Shown here one piece after another: positions 25,960 to 36,536 of a stretch of DNA of 64,000 nt (within the stretch, counting starts at the first letter, position 1; the number at the start of each line of letters is the position of its first letter). A program made the translations under genes and the position numbers. Source of the DNA: an uncultured Pseudomonadales bacterium (GTDB taxonomy: Bacteria; Patescibacteriota; Microgenomatia; UBA1400; PJMF01); the NCBI GenBank assembly GCA_964574595.1, contig CAZNOF010000004.1:17337-81336 (forward strand), written 5' to 3'. The notes beneath the pieces were generated by a model that worked only from the letters and a program-made list of their open reading frames with translations, was not told the DNA's origin and made no database searches.

Positions 25960-27033
25960 ATGCCCAATACCCTCATGGCCGTGCCAGAGATGCTGCAATT
26001 ACTGATCGATCGCAAAGGATCAGATCTTCATTTAGTAGCTGGTTATCCGCCTGCTATTCGTGTCGATGGTCAATTGTTTGCGATTGACGGACAACCTCGT
26101 TTGACTCGTGAGTTGGTTGAACAACTCGTCATCACCTTCATGACTCAAGAGCAGCGTGACTATGTGACAGTGAACCGTGAGTTGGACTTTAGTTACCAGT
26201 TCAAAGATCTTGCCCGCTTCCGTGTAAATGCCTACTTCCAACAAGGCGTGTTGTCCGCCGCTCTGCGGTTAATTCCGACGCAAATTAAAACGATTGATGA
26301 GCTGATGCTGCCACCAATTTTTCATGAATTCACTAAGTACAAACAAGGTTTAGTTCTGTTAACTGGTCCAACTGGTGAAGGTAAGTCCACCACGCTAGCT
26401 GCCATCATTCAAGAAATTAATCAAAATCGATCTGACCATATTGTGACTATTGAAGATCCAATTGAGTTTGTACATATTCCTGAGCGAAGTATTATTTCTC
26501 AGCGAGAAGTGCACCAAGATACGAATAGCTGGGAAATTGCTTTACGCTCTGCTCTCCGAGAAGACCCGGATGTGGTGCTAGTAGGAGAAATGCGTGACTT
26601 TGAGACAATTTCTGCCGCAATTACTGTTGCTGAAACTGGCCACTTAGTCTTTGCCACGCTTCACACTAACTCTGCTTCACAGACGATTGACCGTATCATT
26701 GACGTCTTCCCGGAGCATCAACAATCTCAAATTCGTCAACAGTTGTCATTAACCCTTCAAGCAGTTGTCTCACAGCGGTTAGTGCCAAAAGTGTCTGATG
26801 GTCGTGTGGCCGCGACGGAAATCATGATTGCTACTTCTGCCGTCCGGAACTTAATTCGTGAGCAAAAAACCTTTCAATTAGATAACGTAATTCAAACTTC
26901 TAGTGAGCAAGGCATGTCGCTGATGGAAAACAGTTTAATTCAGTGGGCAACTCGCGGTACCATCACTTTCGAAACTGCCAGAATGTATTCTATTCGACCA
27001 GAAGAATTTGATCGATTAAGTGGCAAAGGGTAA
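25960..27033 (+). CDS. pilT: twitching-motility retraction ATPase PilT
   Basis: GPTGEGKSTTLAA, EDPIEF, LVGEMRDFETISAAITVAETGHLVFATLHTNSA. Confidence 0.9.
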   Translation: MPNTLMAVPEMLQLLIDRKGSDLHLVAGYPPAIRVDGQLFAIDGQPRLTRELVEQLVITFMTQEQRDYVTVNRELDFSYQFKDLARFRVNAYFQQGVLSAALRLIPTQIKTIDELMLPPIFHEFTKYKQGLVLLTGPTGEGKSTTLAAIIQEINQNRSDHIVTIEDPIEFVHIPERSIISQREVHQDTNSWEIALRSALREDPDVVLVGEMRDFETISAAITVAETGHLVFATLHTNSASQTIDRIIDVFPEHQQSQIRQQLSLTLQAVVSQRLVPKVSDGRVAATEIMIATSAVRNLIREQKTFQLDNVIQTSSEQGMSLMENSLIQWATRGTITFETARMYSIRPEEFDRLSGKG

Positions 27034-27042
27034 TTCATTTAT

Positions 27043-28245
27043 ATGGCTATATTTCGATACGCAGCACACAATCAACACGGAGAGAAAATCAACGGTCGAG
27101 TTGAGGCGCAGTCAAAGAGCCAAGCTGCCGTGATTTTGCGTGAGAGGAACCTGTTACTTATCGATTTACAGCCAGTTGGTGAAGAAAAACTTCAAGCGTT
27201 GAACTCCATGTTTTCTGGAATCAAGTTTTCGGAAATCGTCAATTTTACGCGTCAATTATCAACCATGATCACCGCCGGTTTGACACTCATTGAAGGTTTG
27301 ACTATTCTTCAACAACAGTCTGAGGGATCAATGAAGAAGATGGTTGATGAAGTGCTGCGCGAAATTGAAGGTGGTGGTAGTTTTGCGAAAGCTTTGGAAG
27401 CTCAAGGAAAAACCTTTTCTAAAGTCTACATTCAATTAGTCAAAGCCGGTGAAACGGCTGGTGTCCTAGATGAAGTTCTTGAACGGTTGGCCGACACATT
27501 AGAAAAACAAAAAGAGTTTCAATCCAAAACAAAAGGTGCCTTAATTTATCCAGTGATCGTTATCATCGTCATGGCCATTGTAGGTTTTATCATGATGATT
27601 TTTGTGGTGCCAAAACTGACGCAAATGTATAAAGATTTAGGTGCGACCTTACCGCTCACTACTCAGATTTTAATTGGTACATCAGACTTTTTTGTTAATT
27701 TCTGGTGGCTGATTCTTGGTGTTGTTGTTGTTGGCGGATTTGGCTTTCAAGCTTGGAGAAAAGTTCCGTCCAACCAATTACTCTTAGATGGTTGGCAATT
27801 AAGACTTCCCATCTTAGGTGTTGTCCGTCAAAAAATTATTTTAACCGAGTTCTGCCGAACGATGGGATTGTTACTTGGTGCGGGTATTTCTGTCCTCCAA
27901 GCTTTGGAAATTCTCACTGAAGCACTTGATAATAAAGTCTATGAATACGATTTGAAAAAATCACGAGAAGAAGTTGAAAAAGGTATTCCTTTATCACAAT
28001 CTCTCGCCCAGTTCCCAGCCTTTCCACCTATTCTATCTCAGATGGTATCAGTTGGTGAGGAAACAGGAAAACTGGATGAAGTGCTCCTAAAATTGTCAGT
28101 CTACTTTGAAGCTGAAAGTGAGCAAGCCGTTAAAAACTTAACTACAGCCATTGAACCAGCAATTATGGTCGTTTTAGGATTGGGTGTTGGATTAATGGTG
28201 ATGGCGATCATTTTGCCAATTTACAATATTACGGCAAGCTTCTAG
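27043..28245 (+). CDS. pilC: type IV pilus inner-membrane platform protein PilC (GspF family)
   Basis: Two T2SSF repeats, 3 TM helices, about 400 aa. Confidence 0.85.
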   Translation: MAIFRYAAHNQHGEKINGRVEAQSKSQAAVILRERNLLLIDLQPVGEEKLQALNSMFSGIKFSEIVNFTRQLSTMITAGLTLIEGLTILQQQSEGSMKKMVDEVLREIEGGGSFAKALEAQGKTFSKVYIQLVKAGETAGVLDEVLERLADTLEKQKEFQSKTKGALIYPVIVIIVMAIVGFIMMIFVVPKLTQMYKDLGATLPLTTQILIGTSDFFVNFWWLILGVVVVGGFGFQAWRKVPSNQLLLDGWQLRLPILGVVRQKIILTEFCRTMGLLLGAGISVLQALEILTEALDNKVYEYDLKKSREEVEKGIPLSQSLAQFPAFPPILSQMVSVGEETGKLDEVLLKLSVYFEAESEQAVKNLTTAIEPAIMVVLGLGVGLMVMAIILPIYNITASF

Positions 28246-28254
28246 ATTCTAGCC

Positions 28255-29070
28255 ATGTTCTCTAGCCTCTTCTTACTCACTACTTTGTTCCTATTTATTT
28301 TTGGCACAGTTATTGGCAGTTTTTTAAATGTGGTCATCTATCGCACGCTGAAAGATGAATCTTGGGTGAAGGGCCGTTCTAAATGCGAGAACTGTCATAA
28401 GCTGATTCATTGGTATGACAATATTCCATTACTGTCGTACTTCATTTTAGGTGGCAAGTGTCGAAACTGTAAAACACCGATTGCCATCACTCATCCAGTT
28501 GTCGAGTTTTTAACCGGGACTCTGTTTGTCTGGTGGTATTGGGGAGGTTCACTTTTCTTCAGAATCACTCACGAACCACTCCGATATGTTCAGCCAATTT
28601 TTTGGTTAATGGTGGGTTTGATTTTATTAGTTATTTTGTGTGTCGATTTTATTTATTATGTCATTCCGGATGAGGCAATCGTCATCTTAACGGCTTTGAC
28701 ACTTTTGTACCGAATTGCCTTGATGGTGACCGGGGTGATGCAGGTAGCAGATTTTGGGAGAGCTTTGGTAGGTGCAGTTGGATTAAGTCTCTTTTTTGCT
28801 TTTTTATGGTTTGTTTCAAAGAAGAAAGGGATGGGGTTTGGAGATGTGAAGTTGGTTTTCCCGTTGGGGTTACTCATGGGTTGGCCAAACATGTTAGTGG
28901 GTATGTTTCTAGCATTTATTTTTGGAAGTATCATGGGCATCGGATTGATGTTCGCTCGTAAAAAAACTTGGAAACAAGCCATTCCATTTGGTCCGTTTTT
29001 AGTTATTGGCACAATTGGAGCACTGGTATGGGGAAATCAGCTCATGCAGTGGTACTTTCATTTGTTGTAA
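28255..29070 (+). CDS. pilD: prepilin peptidase / N-methyltransferase PilD (A24 family)
   Basis: N-terminal Zn-binding CxxC...CxxC (CENCHKL...CRNCKTP). Catalytic GFGDVKL motif. 8 TM helices. Confidence 0.85.
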   Translation: MFSSLFLLTTLFLFIFGTVIGSFLNVVIYRTLKDESWVKGRSKCENCHKLIHWYDNIPLLSYFILGGKCRNCKTPIAITHPVVEFLTGTLFVWWYWGGSLFFRITHEPLRYVQPIFWLMVGLILLVILCVDFIYYVIPDEAIVILTALTLLYRIALMVTGVMQVADFGRALVGAVGLSLFFAFLWFVSKKKGMGFGDVKLVFPLGLLMGWPNMLVGMFLAFIFGSIMGIGLMFARKKTWKQAIPFGPFLVIGTIGALVWGNQLMQWYFHLL

Positions 29071-29079
29071 GATGAATAC

Positions 29080-29985
29080 ATGCGTATTTTGAAGTTTCTT
29101 TTTTCATCGATTTTAGTTTTTGCCATATTAGCCGCAGTCGGATTCTTAAGCGCTCGTGAAGCACTCCTTTTCTGGGGTACTGCCACTGTCAAATCATCAC
29201 TCAGTAAACTTGTTTCAGCGTCTGTTAATACTGGTCAGTACGTGCGAATTTGTCGAGAGAAAGGTTCTCCTGGTGATCAAACTGCTATCGTCGGTATGCA
29301 GCTTCGATTTACGAGTTCTCAAGAGTACGTCTTGGAAGTTATTTGTACTGGTTTTCAGTTTGATCCCATTATTGTCGAGACCACGAAACTCCCACCGATC
29401 GTGAGTAAAGTACCTGGAGCGGGTGGAGTTGTTTTTGGTACGAATCTGAGTGCTGTCACACTTTCTGTCTGGGGTCGTCAACAAACAGTGGGTATTCAAG
29501 ATGAGGCCGTCGTGACTTCTTGGACTGCGGTCTCTACTGGTATCTCTCCCCAAACCACCTGCGGTGGCCGAGGTTATACCTGTTGTTCAGCCGACTCACA
29601 ATTTGGCACTGGTCAAATTCAGACTCAAGTGACTGATTGTCCTAAGAGTTGTTACGCTACTTGTTTACCAAGACCAGTAGTTCTCTCTTTTTCGACTGAT
29701 CCCATTGCCGATGCACAAACAAAAACTGTCACGATTGGTGCAAATCAAACGGTTTCTTTTGGATTTGTCGTCAGTTATGACACTAAGAAACCACTGACAG
29801 TAGTACTCGATTATGGTGATGGAAAAAGTGAGACCTTCAATACTTTTTCTGGTAAGTCAGATCACCTTTATACTTGCAATGTTGGCATCTGTAACTACAC
29901 GGTAAAACTCAATTTACAAACGAACGATCAAATTGATTCAGTTGATTCCAGTCTTTCTCAATTTACTGTCAGAGTTCAGCCATAA
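29080..29985 (+). CDS. membrane-anchored Cys-containing protein with a C-terminal PKD-like domain, inside the pilus operon
   Basis: N-terminal TM helix. DYGDGKSETF...HLYTC..G.CNYTVKL resembles the PKD-domain consensus. Confidence 0.45.
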   Translation: MRILKFLFSSILVFAILAAVGFLSAREALLFWGTATVKSSLSKLVSASVNTGQYVRICREKGSPGDQTAIVGMQLRFTSSQEYVLEVICTGFQFDPIIVETTKLPPIVSKVPGAGGVVFGTNLSAVTLSVWGRQQTVGIQDEAVVTSWTAVSTGISPQTTCGGRGYTCCSADSQFGTGQIQTQVTDCPKSCYATCLPRPVVLSFSTDPIADAQTKTVTIGANQTVSFGFVVSYDTKKPLTVVLDYGDGKSETFNTFSGKSDHLYTCNVGICNYTVKLNLQTNDQIDSVDSSLSQFTVRVQP

Positions 29986-30036
29986 TTCAGGTTTGGAATG
30001 TAGACAGCACTCTGATTTTTCGCTAAGCTTATTACC

Positions 30037-30474
30037 ATGTTCGAAAACAAAAAAACACGCGGTTTCACGCTCATTGAGTTAATGGTGGTCGTCACAATTA
30101 CGGGAATTATCATGGCCGCTGGAATTATTGCATTCACTAATGCCCAACGTAATTCTCGAGATTCAAAACGCAAAGCAGATGTGGACGCGATTTCCAAAGT
30201 CATGGAACAGTATTTCCAAATCAATCGAGTCTACCCTTTATCACCATACCCTGCGGCAATAGGTTCGTACTTCCCTGCTGGATATATTCCCACTACGCCA
30301 AACGGCGGCTCGTATACCATCACTTCCACTGCTTCAACGTACTGTATTTGTGACAAGTTAGACAAGCCAGCTACCGGCAATGCAACCAGTTTGGGATCTG
30401 GAGGAACTTGTGCCTATGTCTTACAAGCAAACGTTGGAACGGGTGACTATATTTGTACATCACAGCGTCAATAA
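30037..30474 (+). CDS. type IV pilin (prepilin with class III signal)
   Basis: KKTRG|FTLIELMVVVTITGIIMAAGI N-terminal methylation domain. C-terminal disulfide-loop Cys pair. Confidence 0.8.
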   Translation: MFENKKTRGFTLIELMVVVTITGIIMAAGIIAFTNAQRNSRDSKRKADVDAISKVMEQYFQINRVYPLSPYPAAIGSYFPAGYIPTTPNGGSYTITSTASTYCICDKLDKPATGNATSLGSGGTCAYVLQANVGTGDYICTSQRQ

Positions 30475-30570
30475 AAACTGACTACTGGACAACCTATTAA
30501 CAACTATTCTATTATTAAATATACGAAAGAAAAAACTGCCCAATTAACGCAGAAAAAAGGAGAAAGACAT

Positions 30571-31029
30571 ATGTTAAAAAAGACTTTACAGAAGGGTTTC
30601 ACATTAATTGAGTTAATGGTTGTGGTTTCAATCATTGGTATCTTAATGGCTGCTGGTATTTTAGCTTTTAGTAATGCTCAACAAACCGCTCGTGACGCAA
30701 AACGCAAAGCTGATATTGATGCCATTTCTAAAGCTGAAGAACAATACAACAGTCAAAATGGTTCTTACCCATTAGCTGCCAACATCACTAGTGCGATTAC
30801 TAGTTACTTCCCAGCCGGATACTTACCAGTTGACCCACAAAATGCTGGTGCATTTGTTTATACAGTGACGGCCTCTGCTGCTAATCCAAACTTGGCCTAC
30901 TGTGCTTGTGCAAAACTTGAGAAAGCAACAGGAAATGCTACAACAGCCGGTGCTGCTGGAGTATGTGCTTGGGTGACTGCTGCTAACGCAGGAACCGGTG
31001 GCTTCCAATGTGCCGCTCAGCGACAATAG
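30571..31029 (+). CDS. type IV pilin paralog, likely the major pilin (strong RBS)
   Basis: KG|FTLIELMVVVSIIGILMAAGI. AAGGAGAAAGACAT precedes the ATG. Tail CAWVTAANAGTGGFQCAAQRQ is homologous to the previous pilin. Confidence 0.8.
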   Translation: MLKKTLQKGFTLIELMVVVSIIGILMAAGILAFSNAQQTARDAKRKADIDAISKAEEQYNSQNGSYPLAANITSAITSYFPAGYLPVDPQNAGAFVYTVTASAANPNLAYCACAKLEKATGNATTAGAAGVCAWVTAANAGTGGFQCAAQRQ

Positions 31030-31109
31030 TTAGTTAGAATTAATAACAGAAAGAGGGGGAGGAAACTCCCCCTTTTTTGTACCTTTCGAAGTGTTGTATA
31101 ACTGTATAC

Positions 31110-31499
31110 ATGCGTAAAATACTCTCCAAAAATGGCTTTACTTTAATTGAATTAATGATTGTGGTATCACTCATATCTTTATTGATCACCGCCGGTGTCG
31201 TGGCATACACCAAAATCATGGCAAACTCCAGAAATGCCAAGCGCCAAGCTGACTTGGAATCGGTCAAAAGTTCTTTGGTGTTGTATCGAACTGATGTCGG
31301 TTCTTACCCAGCAAGTGTTAGCTTTACAGATATGTCTCCAATTGCTTCCTATATCAGCGTCAAATCTATGAAAGGTCCTCAAGGAGATTCGTATACCTAC
31401 ACTGCTGGTGGTTGTGTGAGTGGTGCCTGTAAGACATTTAGTGTGTGTACTAATTTGGAAAACACCTCGCCATCAAGTTATTGTGTGACGAATCCGTAG
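31110..31499 (+). CDS. type IV pilin paralog 3 (start chosen at MRKILSKNG|FTLIEL)
   Basis: Prepilin N-terminal domain. The ORF-track start at 31077 is probably too early. Confidence 0.7.
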   Translation: MRKILSKNGFTLIELMIVVSLISLLITAGVVAYTKIMANSRNAKRQADLESVKSSLVLYRTDVGSYPASVSFTDMSPIASYISVKSMKGPQGDSYTYTAGGCVSGACKTFSVCTNLENTSPSSYCVTNP

Positions 31500-31508
31500 A
31501 TAAGCCTT

Positions 31509-31991
31509 ATGAATCAATTTGACAATCGCGGTTTCACCCTCATTGAGTTGCTCGTAGCAGTTTCGATTATGGTGCTCATGTTTGGGGTGGGCATTAGTTC
31601 CTATATTCACTTCAATGATAATCAAACGGCAATCGTGACTGGTCAGAAAATTCAGCTGATGTTGCGAACAGCTCAGAAAAAAGCTCGGGTTGGTGATAAG
31701 CCTGCCGGGTGTGGAATTTTACAAGGATACCAAGTGAGTGGCTCTACTGCTGTAAATGCAGTGATAACCCTGAGTGCGATATGCAACTCGGGCACCTTAA
31801 TCAGTGCTGAGACCTATACCCTACCTAATGCAGTTAAGCTTAGTCAGAACCTGTTAATGAATTTTAAAGTACTTACTGGTGGTACTGATCAGCCAGGTAC
31901 AGTAACATTAACTGGAGGAACAGGAACTACTTACTCATTCACCGTGGGTGCGGGTGGAGATATTAGTGAAGGAACAACAGTCGCGCAATAA
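31509..31991 (+). CDS. minor pilin / pseudopilin
   Basis: NRG|FTLIELLVAVSIMVLMFGVGI. Confidence 0.7.
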   Translation: MNQFDNRGFTLIELLVAVSIMVLMFGVGISSYIHFNDNQTAIVTGQKIQLMLRTAQKKARVGDKPAGCGILQGYQVSGSTAVNAVITLSAICNSGTLISAETYTLPNAVKLSQNLLMNFKVLTGGTDQPGTVTLTGGTGTTYSFTVGAGGDISEGTTVAQ

Positions 31992-31996
31992 GAATT

Positions 31997-34900
31997 ATGC
32001 AGAAAAATCGTGGAGCTGCCCTACTAGAAGTGATCGTCGCAATTGGTATTGTGACGCTTGTCATGACCACGATTGTGAGTTTAGTTTCTGTCTCTCTGAA
32101 AAGTGCTTCTTTTGCTCAATCAAAAACGCTCGGCACTAAGTACTCCCAAGAAGGCATGGAGTCACTCAGACAAATGAGAACAGTGTTGGGTTGGGATTCT
32201 TTCTTAGCCACTCTCCAAGCGGATGGAACAACGATTCGCTACTGTTTGCCCACAGTGCCCCGCTCTGCTACCGAATTTGCGGCTTTAACAAATGCAGCTT
32301 GTTCTTCATCCCAATTTGTCGATGCCAAAAATTTGTTTCAACGACAGGCTGATATTACCGTGACCACCAATGCAGGTAGGACCTCTGTGGCCATCACTGT
32401 TAGAACAACTTGGAATGACTCCGGTGTTCAAAAGACTTCTACAATTAATCAACAATTTGAGCAGTACAACGTTGATGACGCTCCTGCCCCGATTATTTAT
32501 AGTCCTTTACCATATATTCCGTATGGTTTTACAGCTGGAATTTGGCTGTATCGACAGGCTATTCCAGTCACTAACTCATCAGGTTCGGCATTAACTGATT
32601 ATCAAGTTATGGCGACTCTGAATACTTCGTCCCTGATCTCAGCCAATAAAATGCAAAGTAACTGCGCGGACTTGCGAGTTACAACTTCTGATGGAACGAC
32701 CAATATTCCCTACTGGATCGAGCCATCTACCTGCAACACCGCCAGCACAAAAGTGTGGATAAAAGTCCCCAATATTCCAACATCAGGTACCACGCTGTAT
32801 GCGATTTATGGCAATGCCAATGCGACTGAAGCAGGTTACTTCACAACTGACGTTTTCGTTCGAAACATTACATCTTTAGGTGCTGCTTACGCAATGAATG
32901 AATCAGTTTGGTCTGGAGCCGCCGGTGAAGTCAAAGATACCAGTGGCAACAACAATAATGGTACCCCAACAGCGGCTAGTATCACGTCTGGGAAGTTTGG
33001 AAATGGTGGACTTTTTAACGGTACTGCATCTCTAGTCACCGTGCCTGATAGTCCGACCGTTGGTCCAACCTCGATTGTCTCAGTAGCAGCCTGGTTGAAG
33101 ACCACGGCTACCAATGTGAATGGTGTGGTTGTGGGAAAAACGACGGGTTGCGCCACAACTGGTTACCTTGTTTGGTTGAATGAAAATGCTGTGGGTGCTG
33201 GTAAACCAGGATTTTATACAAATCCCGGTGGCTGGCTGGTAGCGTCTAACGTCATTAATGACAATAACTGGCACTACGTTGTAACGACATTTAACGGGGC
33301 AACTGCAAATGTATATGTCGACGGAGTCTTATCTATTAGTGCAGCCAGAACTGCAAATTTAGATAATGTGAATCCGCTACAAATTGGTGGCTCAAATGCT
33401 GCCGGAGGTGGCTGCGCGAACCAGTGGTTCAATGGAGTGCTGGATGATGTTCAGATTTACGACAAATATCTCTCAGCAGCTGAAGTAACAGATATGTTTG
33501 GTGCAGGGAAAAACCAAGTCTACTCTACTACCAATTTCCCAAGTGTCGGCTTAGTTCGTAAGCTTGTTGGTGGTGTGAGCGTAGGATCTACTGGTGCCGA
33601 ACAAGTAGGTAGCTATGTATTTAGCAGTCAGGTTGCGGCAGATGTTGCAGTTGTTGCTAACTATAAATTTAATGAAGGTGGTGGTACTACCGTCGCCGAT
33701 TCAAGCGGAAGTGGTCTGACAGGGACCTTTGCCGGAACTGGAACTCACTGGGTTCGGGCTGGACTTGATCACATGGCAGGTACCTTTAATGGTGCTGGTG
33801 ATGGTGTGAGTTTGGGAAGTCCAACCCAGTTGGACTTTGGAGATAATGGACCATTCACTTTTGATGGATGGATCAAACCAAGTCTCTTAAAAGATTATGG
33901 TGGTTTTGTCAGTAAAAATACGGCTGGAAGACTTAATCCATATTCCTATATGACAGTGACGATGGCGAATGGTCGCCTAGCAGCGTACAACGGTGCGAAC
34001 TGGATCGACCTCTGCCCTGCCGGCTCAGTTGTGCAAGGAGCGTGGCAGCACATCGCATTCTCATACAATGGCTCAATTTTAAACGGATACGTGAATGGAA
34101 ATAACTGTGGTTCTGTCCCGTTTACATATACGGATAATGCAGCATATGCCGTTTGGATTGGTAGCTGGTATAGCCCGGTCACAGTCTATGACTTTAATGG
34201 CACGATTGACGAAGTCAAAATTTACAGCGGTGCATTAACAACAGCTCAAGTCCAAGCAGATTACCAAGCTGGTGCAGCAATTTTCAACCCAATATTTAAC
34301 TTAGCCTTCAATGATGGGACAGGTTCAGTCATTAGTGATAGCGGGACTAATAATTTAGATGGAACTTGGGTTGGAACAGGAGCCCACTGGGTAGGCAGTT
34401 CTCCAAACTACGCTGGGAAATTTAATGGGAATGGTGATGGTGTCAATATGGGTACTAATGCTCTCTACAATCTTGGCAGCAGTGAGCCATTTAGTCTTGA
34501 GGGCTGGGTTAAACCGGCGGTCATGAAAGACTATGCTGGCTTTATTTCAAAGGATGCAGCTGGAAGAACTTCTCCTTACTCATACTTAACAGCCATCATG
34601 GCGGATGGTCGCCTCTTTATCTATGACAATGTTGTTGGCTGGCACAGTATTTGTGCTGCTGGTTCAGTGACCGTAGGAAATTGGCAGCATATTGCCATTA
34701 CTTTTGACGGCGCAACGGTTAATGGGTATGTGAACGGAGTGGCGTGTGGTAGTGTTGCTGGATTTACTTACGTTGACACACCAACACATTATGTAAACAT
34801 TGGTAGCTGGTCAAACGGTCTTGTCTACGACTTTAATGGCTTGATGGATCAAATGTCGATGTACGACTACAAGCGGTCCGCCACTCAAATTCTGGCTGAT

Positions 34901-35884
34901 AAGAATGCCTATACACCTCCTGCAAGTAATGTGTGGGCGTATCGAGTTCCAATTACCATTACTAACACGTATGGAAGTACCTTAAGTAATTACCAGGTGA
35001 AAACGGTTATGAATACTGCAGCTCTTGTGACTGCTGGAAAGATGAATGCTGATTGTTCTGACCTGCGGATCACCGCCTCTAATGGGACTACTGCCCTTCC
35101 CTATTGGGTAGAAACTGGTACAAACGGTTGTAATACGGCTGCTACTGCAGTTTGGGTAAAAGTTCCTTCTATTCCGACATCTGGAGTGTCACTGTACGCA
35201 TACTATGGAAATGGTCTGGCAACTACCACTGAAGATGGAAATCAGACCTTTGATTTTTTTGACGATTTTTCCGATACAACTTTGGATTCAGCGAAGTGGA
35301 CATCTTCAGCTGGGGCGGCAGGCTATACCGTGAGTGGTGGAATTTTGACTGTCCTAACAGGCTCAATTTATTCAAAAGCCCCGGTGACTGCTTCTGTACA
35401 GAATGAACAATTTGAGATGCGAAATGCTTGGGGTTCAGTCTACGTTTATTATTCAGGACTGACTCTTTCAGAAACGAGTGCTGTCGCAGGAGGAAACGCT
35501 GGTGCTAGTACGATGGCAATGCTTCAAACGGTGGGTGCTAGTCAACCAGTGGCAGCTTACTCCTCCGATGGTGTAGCCGCCGGGTACAATTTGCAGAGCG
35601 CTGTTGCTTACAGCACTCCGGTTGCGGCAACATACTACATCACTGGAATTGGATACTCACCTACGGCTTTGACCACCTATAAAGATCGAGTTGCTGTGAA
35701 TTCTGCAGCTACATCAATAGGTTACTCTCCATATTTAAGTTTAGGTTTCTTTTTTGGATCCGGTGCAGGCACACAAGATGTCACCAACTTGTTTGTCGAC
35801 TTCGTAGTCGCCAGAAAATCAGTCACTCCAGCACCAGCTGCTGCCGTCTCCACAGAACAAACAGGTACCTGGTCAGGGTTATAA
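31997..35884 (+). CDS. giant (1295 aa) MshQ-like minor pilin/adhesin: prepilin N-terminus, 2 DUF2341-like domains, 3 LamG (ConA-like lectin) domains
   Basis: N-terminus NRGAALLEVIVAIGIVTLV. Repeated blocks F(N/T)G.GDGV..G.......PF...GW.KP...KDY.GF.SK...W.H.A....G....GYVNG..CGS...FNG..D...(I/M)Y. Two blocks Y(R/A)...I.TN..GS.L..YQV....NT..L.....M...C.DLR.T.S.GTT..PYW.E......T....VW.KVP.IPTSG..LYA.YGN. Confidence 0.7.
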   Translation: MQKNRGAALLEVIVAIGIVTLVMTTIVSLVSVSLKSASFAQSKTLGTKYSQEGMESLRQMRTVLGWDSFLATLQADGTTIRYCLPTVPRSATEFAALTNAACSSSQFVDAKNLFQRQADITVTTNAGRTSVAITVRTTWNDSGVQKTSTINQQFEQYNVDDAPAPIIYSPLPYIPYGFTAGIWLYRQAIPVTNSSGSALTDYQVMATLNTSSLISANKMQSNCADLRVTTSDGTTNIPYWIEPSTCNTASTKVWIKVPNIPTSGTTLYAIYGNANATEAGYFTTDVFVRNITSLGAAYAMNESVWSGAAGEVKDTSGNNNNGTPTAASITSGKFGNGGLFNGTASLVTVPDSPTVGPTSIVSVAAWLKTTATNVNGVVVGKTTGCATTGYLVWLNENAVGAGKPGFYTNPGGWLVASNVINDNNWHYVVTTFNGATANVYVDGVLSISAARTANLDNVNPLQIGGSNAAGGGCANQWFNGVLDDVQIYDKYLSAAEVTDMFGAGKNQVYSTTNFPSVGLVRKLVGGVSVGSTGAEQVGSYVFSSQVAADVAVVANYKFNEGGGTTVADSSGSGLTGTFAGTGTHWVRAGLDHMAGTFNGAGDGVSLGSPTQLDFGDNGPFTFDGWIKPSLLKDYGGFVSKNTAGRLNPYSYMTVTMANGRLAAYNGANWIDLCPAGSVVQGAWQHIAFSYNGSILNGYVNGNNCGSVPFTYTDNAAYAVWIGSWYSPVTVYDFNGTIDEVKIYSGALTTAQVQADYQAGAAIFNPIFNLAFNDGTGSVISDSGTNNLDGTWVGTGAHWVGSSPNYAGKFNGNGDGVNMGTNALYNLGSSEPFSLEGWVKPAVMKDYAGFISKDAAGRTSPYSYLTAIMADGRLFIYDNVVGWHSICAAGSVTVGNWQHIAITFDGATVNGYVNGVACGSVAGFTYVDTPTHYVNIGSWSNGLVYDFNGLMDQMSMYDYKRSATQILADKNAYTPPASNVWAYRVPITITNTYGSTLSNYQVKTVMNTAALVTAGKMNADCSDLRITASNGTTALPYWVETGTNGCNTAATAVWVKVPSIPTSGVSLYAYYGNGLATTTEDGNQTFDFFDDFSDTTLDSAKWTSSAGAAGYTVSGGILTVLTGSIYSKAPVTASVQNEQFEMRNAWGSVYVYYSGLTLSETSAVAGGNAGASTMAMLQTVGASQPVAAYSSDGVAAGYNLQSAVAYSTPVAATYYITGIGYSPTALTTYKDRVAVNSAATSIGYSPYLSLGFFFGSGAGTQDVTNLFVDFVVARKSVTPAPAAAVSTEQTGTWSGL

Positions 35885-35915
35885 ACATTCAGCCAAAAGT
35901 GAGAAAAGGATAAGA

Positions 35916-35945
35916 GTTATTAAATAAATGAAGTTATTTAATAAC
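35916..35945. terminator. AT-rich 12-bp-stem hairpin between convergent pilus operons
   Basis: GTTATTAAATAA-atgaag-TTATTTAATAAC. It overlaps the stop of the minus-strand pseudopilin gene. Confidence 0.45.
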
Positions 35946-36495
35946 TTCTAATTGCCACACCCGTTTTAAAGTCTTGGGTTAAAGTGGTTGGAGTATTTGC
36001 TGCAGTATCATCTTTTGATAAGGAGAAGCTGGCGGTTACATATGTCCCGTAATTTGTGCCAGCTTGAGAGCAGTCAAACTTTAAATTTGACAGCACTGTT
36101 GCCGGTGTCGTTAAGTAACTGGCTGTGGCTGCAGTGGCTGATTTTGAGGCAATTAAGCTGTTCACCGAACCTAATGTAGTGATTCCCCCATCAATCTCTT
36201 TAAAACTGATTGAATCCATGTTGTTCTCACAAATTGGATCAGTATTTGACTGAGGATTTTGGACGACAGAAATTGCATTGCGTAATAGGAACTCAATCTG
36301 ACTTAAAGCGTAGTCCCCTTCTGTTTTGACCTCACTCACCTGGGTGCCCTTACTATTTGACCGGATAGTCGACAAAAATAGCCCAGTGGCGGCGATCATC
36401 ATAATCACTGTAATGGTAGTGGCTACAACCACTTCTAGGAGTGTAAAACCGGCTTGACTATAAATAACTGAGGAATTGGCGGGTAGTTTTTTCAT
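35938..36495 (-). CDS. pseudopilin / minor pilin (prepilin-type N-terminal cleavage/methylation domain)
   Basis: QAG|FTLLEVVVATTITVIMMIAATGLFL. Confidence 0.7.
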   Translation of the reverse strand: MKKLPANSSVIYSQAGFTLLEVVVATTITVIMMIAATGLFLSTIRSNSKGTQVSEVKTEGDYALSQIEFLLRNAISVVQNPQSNTDPICENNMDSISFKEIDGGITTLGSVNSLIASKSATAATASYLTTPATVLSNLKFDCSQAGTNYGTYVTASFSLSKDDTAANTPTTLTQDFKTGVAIRSY

Positions 36496-36536
36496 TAGGC
36501 AGATACTTCTTTAAATAATAATAGCACAGAACAGGC

